A DNA stretch of 64,000 nucleotides from Burkholderiales bacterium (GTDB lineage: Bacteria > Pseudomonadota > Gammaproteobacteria > Burkholderiales > SG8-39): positions 1,197 through 65,196 of the forward strand of contig DATJXO010000091.1 in NCBI GenBank assembly GCA_035500055.1, in the 5' to 3' direction. Below the pieces are notes generated by a model that saw only the letters and a program-made list of their open reading frames with translations, was not told the origin of the DNA and did no database searches. Of this stretch, positions 21,848-30,954 are shown in pieces. Made by a program: the position numbers and the translations under genes. Numbering within the stretch: position 1 is the stretch's first letter; each line of letters starts with the position of its first letter.

Positions 21848-21868
21848 ATTTGTTTGGGCCCCAAACAA
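21848..21868. promoter_or_regulatory. Perfect 10-1-10 palindrome, candidate MarR operator
   Basis: TTTGTTTGGG-C-CCCAAACAAA. Lies in the 72-bp divergent gap and overlaps the predicted TTG start of the MarR gene. Confidence 0.55.
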
Positions 21869-22285
21869 AAGCTCGATCCGGGCGCGCTCCCCGGTCTCCT
21901 CGGTTACCGGCTGCGCCTCGCGCAGCAGGCGGTGTTTCGCGATTTCGCGCAGAGCGTGGGCGGGCTTTCTCCCGGGCGCGTCGGCCTGCTCGTCTATATC
22001 GACGCCAATCCGGGGGTGACGCAAAGCCGGCTGGCGGAGGCCGCGGAGCGCGACCGCTCGACCATGGTCGGGGTGCTCGATCAGCTCGAGGCGCGCGGCC
22101 TGATCGAGCGGCGCCGCGGCGCCGACCGGCGCACCAACGGCCTGTGGCTGACGCGCGCGGGACGGGGTCTGCTGGCGCGCGCGCTGCGCGCGATCGCGCG
22201 CCACGAGCGGCGCATCGCGACGCGGCTGAGCGCCGCCGAGCGGCGCCAGCTGCTGGAGCTGCTCGGCCGCATCGCCGCTTCCTAG
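21854..22285 (+). CDS. MarR-family transcriptional regulator
   Basis: ...PGRVGLLVYIDANPGVTQSRLAEAAERDRSTMVGVLDQLEARGLIERRRGADRRTNGLWLT... (winged HTH). TTG start, uncertain by a few codons. Confidence 0.85.
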   Translation: MGPKQKLDPGALPGLLGYRLRLAQQAVFRDFAQSVGGLSPGRVGLLVYIDANPGVTQSRLAEAAERDRSTMVGVLDQLEARGLIERRRGADRRTNGLWLTRAGRGLLARALRAIARHERRIATRLSAAERRQLLELLGRIAAS

Positions 22286-22290
22286 AGCGG

Positions 22291-22318
22291 AAAAAGAAGG
22301 GGCGCCTCGCGGCGCCCC
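22291..22318 (-). terminator. Intrinsic terminator downstream of amtB (may act bidirectionally for the MarR gene)
   Basis: GGGGCGCC-TCGC-GGCGCCCC (8-bp stem). On the minus strand it is followed by TTCTTTTT. Confidence 0.7.
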
Positions 22319-22344
22319 AAGGACCAGGAAAACCCGACCGGCGA

Positions 22345-23880
22345 CTAGTAGTTGTAGGCCTTCTCGCCGTGGTCCGCGAGGTCGAGGCCTTCTTCCTGCG
22401 CGTCGTCGCTCGCGGTGAGGCCGATCGTCATCTTCAGGATCAGCAGGATCACGAAGGCGACGCCGCCCGACCATACCAGCGTGGTGCTGATATCCCAGAG
22501 CTGCGACACGATCTGCGCGCCGGCGTCGAAGTCGCCGACCTTGTTCGCGACGTAGTCCCACACGCCGGTGCCGCCGAAGGCCGGGTTGACGAAGGTGCCG
22601 GTACCGAGCGAGCCGATGATGCCGCCGATGCAGTGCACGCCGAACGTATCGAGCGAGTCATCGTAGCCGAGCCAGGCTTTCACCTTGGTGACCGCGAAGA
22701 AGCAGACCACTCCGGCCACCGCGCAGGTGACGAAAGCGCCGATGGGGCCGACGAACCCGGCCGCCGGCGTGATCGCCACAAGACCGGTAACGATTCCGGA
22801 GCAGATGCCCAGGAGGCTCGGTTTGCCTTTCACGATCCACTCGGTAATCGTCCAGGCGAGGCCAGCGACGGCGGTTCCGAACAGCGTATTGAAGAACGCG
22901 ATGCCTGCTGCGCCCGTGGCTTCGAGGGCGGATCCGGCGTTGAACCCGAACCACCCCATCCACAGCATGCCGGTGCCGATCGCCGTCATCATCACGCTGT
23001 GCGGCGGCATCGCGATCTTGCCGTAGCCCTTGCGCTTGCCGAGCATCAGCGCGCAGACCAGCGCGGCGATGCCGGAGTTCACGTGGACCACGGTTCCGCC
23101 GGCGAAGTCGAGGGCGCCCTTCTGGAACAGGAAGCCCGCGTGCGCGTTCGCCTCCTCCGCCGCCTTCGCGGTGGTGTAGGCGTCCGGGCCGTCCCAGTAC
23201 CAGACCATGTGCGCGACCGGCAGGTAGGCGAACGTGAACCAGAGGATGCTGAAGATGATCATCGACGAGAACTTGAAGCGCTCGCCGTAGCCCCCTGCAA
23301 TCAGCGCTACCGTGATCGCCGCGAACGTCAGCTGGAACATGCAGTACACGAAGTCGGGCAGGTACTGCCCCTTGCTGAAGGTTGCCGCGACAGCCGTCGC
23401 CGGGTCCTCCCCGAGCATGAAGATCTTGTCAAAGGATCCCCAGAACGGGTTGCTGCCCGCGGTGAACGCGACGCTGTAGCCGTAGATGACCCACAGCACC
23501 GCGACGACGCAGAAGATCGCGAAGCTCTGCATCACCGTGGAGAGCGCATTCTTCGTGCGCACCATGCCGGCGTAGAACAGCGCCAGGCCCGGCACCGTCA
23601 TCAGCAGCACGAAGGCGGTCGAGGTCATCATCCAGGAAACGTCGCCCTTGTTGCAGTCGAACCCCTTGTCGCCGCACTTGGGTGCCGCGGCGGCCGCGGG
23701 CGCGGCGGCCGCGGGGGCGGCGGGGGCAGCGGTAGCCGCGGCCGGTGCGGCCGCCGCTGGCGCGGCCTGCTCCGCCTTGGCCGGCTCGGCGGCCTTTTCG
23801 GGTGCCTTATCCTGGGCGATCGAGGCGCTCGCGAACGTGACGAGCGCCAGCGTGGAAACGAGTGCGATTAGCTTCTTCAT
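22345..23880 (-). CDS. amtB: Ammonium transporter with long Ala/Pro-rich N-terminal extension
   Basis: ...DVSWMMTSTAFVLLMTVPGLALFYAGMVR..., FAGGTVVHVNSG, FGVHCIGGIIG. RBS GGAGAA upstream of ATG 23880. Confidence 0.93.
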   Translation of the reverse strand: MKKLIALVSTLALVTFASASIAQDKAPEKAAEPAKAEQAAPAAAAPAAATAAPAAPAAAAPAAAAAPKCGDKGFDCNKGDVSWMMTSTAFVLLMTVPGLALFYAGMVRTKNALSTVMQSFAIFCVVAVLWVIYGYSVAFTAGSNPFWGSFDKIFMLGEDPATAVAATFSKGQYLPDFVYCMFQLTFAAITVALIAGGYGERFKFSSMIIFSILWFTFAYLPVAHMVWYWDGPDAYTTAKAAEEANAHAGFLFQKGALDFAGGTVVHVNSGIAALVCALMLGKRKGYGKIAMPPHSVMMTAIGTGMLWMGWFGFNAGSALEATGAAGIAFFNTLFGTAVAGLAWTITEWIVKGKPSLLGICSGIVTGLVAITPAAGFVGPIGAFVTCAVAGVVCFFAVTKVKAWLGYDDSLDTFGVHCIGGIIGSLGTGTFVNPAFGGTGVWDYVANKVGDFDAGAQIVSQLWDISTTLVWSGGVAFVILLILKMTIGLTASDDAQEEGLDLADHGEKAYNY

Positions 23881-23890
23881 CGGATTCTCC

Positions 23891-25127
<1,237 letters not shown>

Positions 25128-25167
25128 TAGCAAATCTCCATGGAATGGATGGACGCGAGAGTTGATT

Positions 25168-25183
25168 AGCACGGGCTGTGCCA
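25168..25183 (-). promoter_or_regulatory. Sigma-54 (-24/-12) promoter for porin-glnK-amtB
   Basis: Minus strand reads TGGCAC-AGCCC-GTGCT, with GG and GC at correct spacing, about 40 nt upstream of ATG 25127. Confidence 0.65.
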
Positions 25184-25201
25184 GCAAATTTCATCATATG
25201 G

Positions 25202-25213
25202 ATCAAATTGTTA
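25202..25213. promoter_or_regulatory. IHF-like site between the enhancer and the sigma-54 promoter
   Basis: ATCAA-ATTG-TTA matches the ATCAA-N4-TTR core. Confidence 0.35.
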
Positions 25214-25244
25214 GAAACTCTCTGTCCCGGGCCTGACGCCGGTA

Positions 25245-25261
25245 TGCACCAACAATGTGCG
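25245..25261. promoter_or_regulatory. NtrC-type enhancer half-palindrome
   Basis: TGCACC-AACAA-TGTGCG against TGCACY-N5-GGTGCA (10/12), about 75 bp upstream of the sigma-54 element. Confidence 0.4.
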
Positions 25262-25331
25262 CTCATTCTCCCTAATGCTCGGCTCAAGTGCGCTCCGTAG
25301 GTGGCCGAGCCGATCGGGTACGCTGGGCTCC

Positions 25332-25574
25332 ATGGACTCGAAGCCTCCCTTGCAGGAGCTGCGCCGGCGGCTCTCGGAAGCGCTGGCGGCCTCGCCGGCG
25401 CGCGATCTGGAAAGGAACCTCCAGGCGCTGCTCACGGCGTTCTTCGAGCGCTTCGAGCTCGCGCCGCGCGAGGACCTCGAGGTGCAGCGCAAGCTCCTGG
25501 AGCGCGCGCGCGAAAGGCTCACGGCGCTGGAGGCGCGGGTCGCGGAGCTGGAGGCGCGCAAGCCCGGCGCGTAA
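25332..25574 (+). CDS. ubiK: Ubiquinone biosynthesis accessory factor UbiK (YqiC/BMFP family)
   Basis: Start re-set to MDSKPPLQEL. FELAPREDLEVQRKLLERARERLTALEARVAELE matches the YqiC coiled-coil pattern (LDLVxREEFDVQ...). Confidence 0.75.
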   Translation: MDSKPPLQELRRRLSEALAASPARDLERNLQALLTAFFERFELAPREDLEVQRKLLERARERLTALEARVAELEARKPGA

Positions 25575-25615
25575 ACCGCCTCCCGCTGCGCTGCGTTGTT
25601 CGCTGCGGAGGGCTC

Positions 25616-27115
25616 ATGTCGCTGGCAACCGTGGCGAGCCGCGCGCTCGCGGGGATCGATGCGCCCGAGGTCGCCGTAGAAGTGCACCTCGGGCCGGGGC
25701 TGCCCTCGTTCACCATCGTCGGCCTGCCCGACGCCGAGGTGCGCGAGGCAAAGGACCGCGTGCGCGCCGCGCTCAACCACACGCGCTTCGAGTTTCCCGC
25801 GCGGCGCATCACCGTCAACCTCGCTCCGGCAGACCTGCCGAAGGACTCGGCGCGCTTCGACCTGCCGATCGCGCTCGGCATCCTTGCCGCGAGCGGGCAG
25901 ATCGCGCCCGAGGCGCTCGCGGCGCACGAGTTCGCCGGCGAGCTCTCGCTGAACGGCGAGCTGCGCCCGGTGCGCGGCGCCCTCGCCATGGCGCTGCGCG
26001 CGCGGGACGCCGCACGCGCCTTCGTGCTCCCGGAACCCAACGCGCCGCAGGCGGCGCTCGCGCAGGGCGCGCAGGTTCTTCCCGCCCGCACGCTGCTGGA
26101 GGTCGTCGCTCACCTCTGCGGCGAGGCGAAGCTGCCCCGCTTCGAGGCGGGGACGCCCGCCGCGCCGCACACCTGGCCGGACTTCGGCGAGGTGAAGGGC
26201 CAGCCTCAGGCGAAGCGGGCGCTCGAAGTCGCCGCGGCGGGCGGGCACAGCGTACTGATGATCGGACCCCCGGGCACCGGGAAATCCATGCTCGCGGCGC
26301 GCTTTCCCGGAATCCTGCCGCCGATGAACGAAACCGAGGCGCTGGAAGTCGCCGCGATCCATTCGGTGTCGGCTGCAGGTTTCGAGGCCGCGCGCTGGGG
26401 CGAGCGGCCATACCGCGCCCCGCACCATAGCGCCTCTGGCGCGGCGATGGTCGGCGGGGGTCACCTGCCGCGCCCGGGCGAGATATCGCTCGCGCACCGG
26501 GGCGTCCTGTTCCTTGACGAGCTGCCCGAATTCGACCGCGACGTGCTCGAGTCGCTGCGCGAGCCGCTCGAATCCGGCAAAGTGTCGATCTCGCGCGCCG
26601 CGCGCCAGGCGCAGTTTCCGGCGCGCTTCCAGCTCGTCGCGGCGATGAATCCCTGTCCCTGCGGGCACTGCGGGTCGCCCTCCGGGCGCTGCCGCTGTAC
26701 GCCGGAGCGCATCGCGCGCTACCGCGGCCGCGTCTCGGGGCCGCTCGCCGATCGCGTCGACATCAAGCTCGAAGTTCCTGCGCCGCGCGACGCCGACCTG
26801 ATGGCGCCGGGCGCGACCGAATCGAGCGAGGCGATCCGCGGCCGCGTACTCGCCGCGCATCGCCGCCAGCTCGAGCGCCAGGGGGCGCCCAACGCGTTCC
26901 TCGGCACGCGCGAAATCGACCGCCACTGCTCGACCGACAAGGAGGGCGACCAGCTCCTGCGCCACGCGCTCGCCCGGCTGATGCTCTCGGCGCGCGCCTA
27001 CCACCGCGTGCTGCGCGTCGCGCGCTCGATCGCGGACCTTGCGGGCGAGGCAGCAATCAAGGCGGCCCACATCGCCGAAGCGATCCAGTACCGCCGGCTG
27101 GACGCGAGCTTCTGA
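25616..27115 (+). CDS. comM: YifB/ComM-family Mg-chelatase-like AAA+ ATPase
   Basis: Start re-set to MSLATVASRALAGIDAPEVAVEVHL. Walker A GPPGTGKS, GVLFLDELPEF, C-rich CPCGHCGSPSGRCRC. Confidence 0.92.
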   Translation: MSLATVASRALAGIDAPEVAVEVHLGPGLPSFTIVGLPDAEVREAKDRVRAALNHTRFEFPARRITVNLAPADLPKDSARFDLPIALGILAASGQIAPEALAAHEFAGELSLNGELRPVRGALAMALRARDAARAFVLPEPNAPQAALAQGAQVLPARTLLEVVAHLCGEAKLPRFEAGTPAAPHTWPDFGEVKGQPQAKRALEVAAAGGHSVLMIGPPGTGKSMLAARFPGILPPMNETEALEVAAIHSVSAAGFEAARWGERPYRAPHHSASGAAMVGGGHLPRPGEISLAHRGVLFLDELPEFDRDVLESLREPLESGKVSISRAARQAQFPARFQLVAAMNPCPCGHCGSPSGRCRCTPERIARYRGRVSGPLADRVDIKLEVPAPRDADLMAPGATESSEAIRGRVLAAHRRQLERQGAPNAFLGTREIDRHCSTDKEGDQLLRHALARLMLSARAYHRVLRVARSIADLAGEAAIKAAHIAEAIQYRRLDASF

Positions 27116-27134
27116 CGCGTTATAGTCGCCGCGT

Positions 27135-27944
27135 ATGGCGACCTATGCGATCGGCGACGTGCAAGGCTGCTTTGACGAGCTGGAAGAGCTGGTCGCGCGC
27201 ATCGGCTTCAACCCGCGGCACGACCGCCTCTGGTTGGTGGGCGACCTCGTCAACCGCGGGCCGAAGTCGCTCGAGGTGCTGCGCTACGTAAAGGGGCTGG
27301 GCGAAGCCGCCGTGGTGGTGCTCGGCAACCATGACCTGCACCTCGTGACGCAGTTCGAGGGCTTCGAGCGAAAGCGCAAGGACGACACGTTTTCCGACGT
27401 GCTCGAGGCGCCGGACGCGAGGGCGCTGGTGGATTGGGTGCGCGCGCGGCCGATGATGCACGTGGAAGGCAGCTGGGCGATGGTGCACGCCGGCCTGCTG
27501 CCGCAGTGGAGCATCGATTTCGCGGTTTCTCTGGCAAACGAAGTGGAAAGCGCGCTGCGGGCGCCGGACTATCGGGATTTCCTGGCGAACCTGTACGGCA
27601 GCAAGCCGGAGCGCTGGCAAGATTCGCTCTCCGGCTGGGACCGGCTGCGCGTGATCGTCAACGCGATGACGCGCATGCGCTCGTGCACGCCCGAGGGCCA
27701 AATGGATTTCAAGGAGACCGGCAAGAAGCCGCCACCCGGCTTCTTGCCGTGGTACCAGACCAGAAGCGGGCCCGAGCAGCAGATCGTCTTCGGTCATTGG
27801 TCTGCCGCCGGGCTGCAGCTCGATCCGCGCGTTGCGGGGCTCGATACCGGCTGCGTCTGGGGCGGCGCGCTGAGCGCGCTCAGGCTGGAGGACCGCTGGC
27901 TGGCGCAGGTGCCCTGCAAGTGCTACCAGCCGGTGCGGGAGTAG
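27135..27944 (+). CDS. apaH: Bis(5'-nucleosyl)-tetraphosphatase, symmetrical
   Basis: MATYAIGDVQGCFDEL, GDLVNRGP, GNHDLHL. Confidence 0.92.
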   Translation: MATYAIGDVQGCFDELEELVARIGFNPRHDRLWLVGDLVNRGPKSLEVLRYVKGLGEAAVVVLGNHDLHLVTQFEGFERKRKDDTFSDVLEAPDARALVDWVRARPMMHVEGSWAMVHAGLLPQWSIDFAVSLANEVESALRAPDYRDFLANLYGSKPERWQDSLSGWDRLRVIVNAMTRMRSCTPEGQMDFKETGKKPPPGFLPWYQTRSGPEQQIVFGHWSAAGLQLDPRVAGLDTGCVWGGALSALRLEDRWLAQVPCKCYQPVRE

Positions 27945-27980
27945 AAATTCATCAGGGAACCACCGCCAAAGGACCTCGCC

Positions 27981-28394
27981 ATGACTGACTGCGTGTTCTG
28001 CAGGATCGTCGCCGGACAGATCCCGTCGACGCGGGTGCACGAGGACGAGCACACGCTCGCCTTCATGGACATCGGCCATGTCAATCCGGGCCACACGCTG
28101 GTCGCGGTGAAGCGGCACGCGGCCAATGTTTTCGAGCTCGAAGAGGCGCAGGCCGAGGCGGTCGCGCGCGCTATCGTGAAAATCTCCAGAGCCTTGAGGA
28201 AAACATTCGAGCCCGAAGGCCTGTCGGTCTACCAAGCGAACGGCAAGGCCGCCGGACAAACGGTGTTCCACTACCACGTGCACCTGCTGCCACGGCACAA
28301 GGGCGACGGCATGGAGCTCGTCTGGCCGGCCAAAAACCCGCCGCGCGAGACGCTCGAGCAGTACGCGGCGCGCATCCGCGCCGCGCTGGGCTAG
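27981..28394 (+). CDS. HIT-family nucleotide hydrolase/transferase
   Basis: CVFCRIVAGQIPS..., histidine triad HYHVHLLP. Confidence 0.9.
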   Translation: MTDCVFCRIVAGQIPSTRVHEDEHTLAFMDIGHVNPGHTLVAVKRHAANVFELEEAQAEAVARAIVKISRALRKTFEPEGLSVYQANGKAAGQTVFHYHVHLLPRHKGDGMELVWPAKNPPRETLEQYAARIRAALG

Positions 28395-29339
28395 CTAGAA
28401 CGGCGACTCGCCGAACGCGGCGCGGTAGCGCGCGGCGATCTCCTCGCGCGCCGGCTTGTGGTTCTGCGCGCCGCGGTGGGCGATCTTGATCGCGCCCATC
28501 ACCGAGGCGAGCCGCCCGGTCTTCAGCCAGTTCCACTCGCGCGCGATGCCGTAGAGCAGTCCGGCGCGGTAGGCGTCGCCGCAGCCCGTCGGGTCGACCT
28601 CGGCATCGGCCCTGGCGCTGGGAATGTCGTAGCGCACGCCCTCGGCGATCACGGTAGAGCCGCCCGCCCCGCGCGTGGCGACGAGCGCCTTCAGCTCGGC
28701 CGCCAGGTCTTCGAGGCCGCGCCCGGTCTTTTCCTCGAGCAGCTTGCCCTCGTAGTCGTTCACCGCGACCCATGAGGCGAGCCGCACCATTTCGAGCAGC
28801 TCCTCGCGCGAGAACATCGGCAGACCTTGCCCGGGGTCGAACAGGAACGGGATGCCGTGAGCGGCGCACTGCCGCGAGTGCTCGAGCATGCCGTCCTTGC
28901 CGTCGGGCCCGATGATGGCGAGTGAGGCGCCGAGCCCCGCCTCGATGCGGTTCCGGTGCGCGAAGTTCATCGCGCCGGGATGGAACGCGGTGATCTGGTT
29001 GTCGTCCAGATCGGTGGTGATGAAGGCCTGCGCCGTGAACTGGCCCGCGACGCGCTTCAGGCCCGAGGCGTCGATGCCGAGCTTCTCCAGGCGGTAGAGA
29101 TAGGGCTGGATGTCCTCGCCGACGGTCGCCATGACGAGCGGCGCCTCGCCCAGCAGATGCAGGTTGTAGGCGATGTTGCCCGCGGTGCCGCCGAACTCGC
29201 GCCGCATCTCGGGGGTGAGGAAGCAGACGTTGAGGATGTGCAGCTGGTCGGCGAGCAGGTGATTGCGGAAGCGGTCGGGGAACACCATGATGGTGTCGTA
29301 GGCGATCGACCCGGTGACCAGGATTTTCGCTTGCGCCAT
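28395..29339 (-). CDS. PfkB-family carbohydrate/nucleoside kinase
   Basis: ILVTGSIAYD..., GGTAGNIAYNL, DPTGCGDAYRAG (PfkB signature 2). Confidence 0.88.
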   Translation of the reverse strand: MAQAKILVTGSIAYDTIMVFPDRFRNHLLADQLHILNVCFLTPEMRREFGGTAGNIAYNLHLLGEAPLVMATVGEDIQPYLYRLEKLGIDASGLKRVAGQFTAQAFITTDLDDNQITAFHPGAMNFAHRNRIEAGLGASLAIIGPDGKDGMLEHSRQCAAHGIPFLFDPGQGLPMFSREELLEMVRLASWVAVNDYEGKLLEEKTGRGLEDLAAELKALVATRGAGGSTVIAEGVRYDIPSARADAEVDPTGCGDAYRAGLLYGIAREWNWLKTGRLASVMGAIKIAHRGAQNHKPAREEIAARYRAAFGESPF

Positions 29340-29348
29340 GCGCGCGCC

Positions 29349-30128
29349 TCAGAGGAAGAACAGGTACATGCGGTAGCCGACGGCGTGCAGCCCGTCGGTG
29401 TCGAGGAACAGGCGCAGGCTGACGTCGGCCCCCGCGCCGATGCCCTGGGCGATGCGGCCGGACGACGCGTCGGAGAGATAGTCGGCCGGTCGCAGCACGC
29501 GCCGTGCCACCGCCTGGTCGCGCTCGTCGGTGAGCGTGAGCTCCAGCGCCGGGTATTCCTGCGGGAAAGGCGCCTGGTTGCGGATCACGGCGTTCAGCAC
29601 GATCACGTTCTCGCCGCGGTCGTCGGCCTGCAGGTCGGACGACTCGATCGCCATCAGCTTGGTGCGCCGCGGCAACCGCAGCTCGCAGTCGAGAATTGCG
29701 CAGGCGGCGGCGAGCTGCGGCCGCAGCTGCGGCACCAGCACCGCAAGCTCGCTGCGGTAATAGAGCGCGCCCTGCGCCGCCAGCACGGCGAGCAGGGCGA
29801 GCGCGGCGAGCCCCCAACCCCAGCGGCGCCGTGCCGGCGGCGGCTCTTCCATGAAGCCGGGCGCATTGGCGTCCTCGTTGGCGGCGTCGCCGCCGCCGAC
29901 CGGCGGCAGCTTTCTAGCCGCCTCGAACAGGGCCAGCTGCGGCGAGGGCTCGGAGTCCGCCTGCGCCGGCGCGTCCCCGGGCTCCCCGCCCTGCGCCACC
30001 AGCGCGGCGAGGCCGTCGAAAACCGACGAGCAGCGGCCGCAGCGCACCTTGCCGCCGCGCGCCGAGAGCTGCGGCGGTTGCACCCGGAAGACGGTGCCGC
30101 AGTTGGGACAGCGCGTCGAGAGGCTCAT
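29349..30128 (-). CDS. Zinc-ribbon (MJ0042-type) + DUF3426-like membrane-anchored protein
   Basis: Start re-set to MSLSTRCPNCGTVFRVQPPQL...VRCGRCSSVF, followed by a TM segment (WGLAALALLAVLAA). ATGA overlap with the prmA stop. Confidence 0.8.
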   Translation of the reverse strand: MSLSTRCPNCGTVFRVQPPQLSARGGKVRCGRCSSVFDGLAALVAQGGEPGDAPAQADSEPSPQLALFEAARKLPPVGGGDAANEDANAPGFMEEPPPARRRWGWGLAALALLAVLAAQGALYYRSELAVLVPQLRPQLAAACAILDCELRLPRRTKLMAIESSDLQADDRGENVIVLNAVIRNQAPFPQEYPALELTLTDERDQAVARRVLRPADYLSDASSGRIAQGIGAGADVSLRLFLDTDGLHAVGYRMYLFFL

Positions 30129-30949
30129 CGCCGCACGCCCTCCAGCAGGACCCAGTCCCCGTCGCTCGCCCCCCGCTCGATGGCGAAATCCCGCGCGTAC
30201 GCCGCGACGAGCGCCTCCGCCTGGGCCTCGAGCAGGCCGGAAAGCGCGATCCGGCCGCCGCGACGGGTACGCGCGGCGAATTCCGGTTCCAGGGCCATCA
30301 ACGGGGCGGCGAGAATGTTGGCGACGATCAGATCGTAAGGTCCAGCCGGCAACGCTCCCGGCGCCATCACCGTCAGCGCGACGCCGTTGGCGCGCGCGTT
30401 CCCGGCGGCGGTCTCGACGGCCAGCGGGTCGGTGTCGACCGCGGCCACCTCGCCCGCGCCGAGCCGCGCGGCGGCGATGGCCAATATACCGGAGCCGCAT
30501 CCGTAGTCCAGCACGCGCTCTCCGCGCCGCAGGCGGCGCACCAGCCACTCGAGCACCAGGCGCGTGCTCGAGTGGCTGCCGGTGCCGAAGGCAAGGCCCG
30601 GGTCGAGGCGCACGACGAGGGCGGCCGCCTCGGGCGCCTCGTGCCAGCTCGGCACGATCCACAGTCCGCCGGAAATCCCGATCGGTCCGAACTGCGCCTG
30701 CGAGCGCCGCACCCAGTCCTCGTCCTCGATGCGCTCGGCGCGGTACGCGGGCAACGCGATTCCGGTGGCCGCCGCGGCGCGCGCGACCAGTGCCGCGGCG
30801 TCGGCGTCGCGGGGGGCGAGCGCCGTCAGCCGGATCGAGCGCCCGTCGCCGTCGAGGTCCACCGAATCGGCGCCCGCCTCGAGCAGCGCATCGGACAGCG
30901 GCTCGGCCAGCGCGGACTCCAGCTCCAGCCTGATCGCGAGCCGGGACAC
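30125..30949 (-). CDS. prmA: Ribosomal protein L11 methyltransferase
   Basis: GTG start giving VSRLAIRLELE. ...LDPGLAFGTGSHSSTRL..., VLDYGCGSGILAIAA. Confidence 0.88.
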   Translation of the reverse strand: MSRLAIRLELESALAEPLSDALLEAGADSVDLDGDGRSIRLTALAPRDADAAALVARAAAATGIALPAYRAERIEDEDWVRRSQAQFGPIGISGGLWIVPSWHEAPEAAALVVRLDPGLAFGTGSHSSTRLVLEWLVRRLRRGERVLDYGCGSGILAIAAARLGAGEVAAVDTDPLAVETAAGNARANGVALTVMAPGALPAGPYDLIVANILAAPLMALEPEFAARTRRGGRIALSGLLEAQAEALVAAYARDFAIERGASDGDWVLLEGVRR

Positions 30950-30954
30950 GCGCT

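Noticed and set aside
23680-23800. GC-rich near-repeats (gcggcggccgcggg.../gcggggg...) that look like a tandem repeat or CRISPR-like array
   Set aside because: They are in frame within amtB and encode the Ala/Pro low-complexity spacer. There are no regular repeat-spacer units and no cas genes.
21850-23871. 673-aa plus-strand ORF over the MarR and amtB region
   Set aside because: Antisense to amtB, whose Amt motifs are unambiguous, and out of frame with the MarR wHTH. Composition is typical of GC-rich shadow ORFs.
25211-27070. 619-aa minus-strand ORF opposite ubiK/comM
   Set aside because: No motifs and Arg-rich. The plus strand encodes a complete ComM/YifB with Walker A and the C-rich zinc region.
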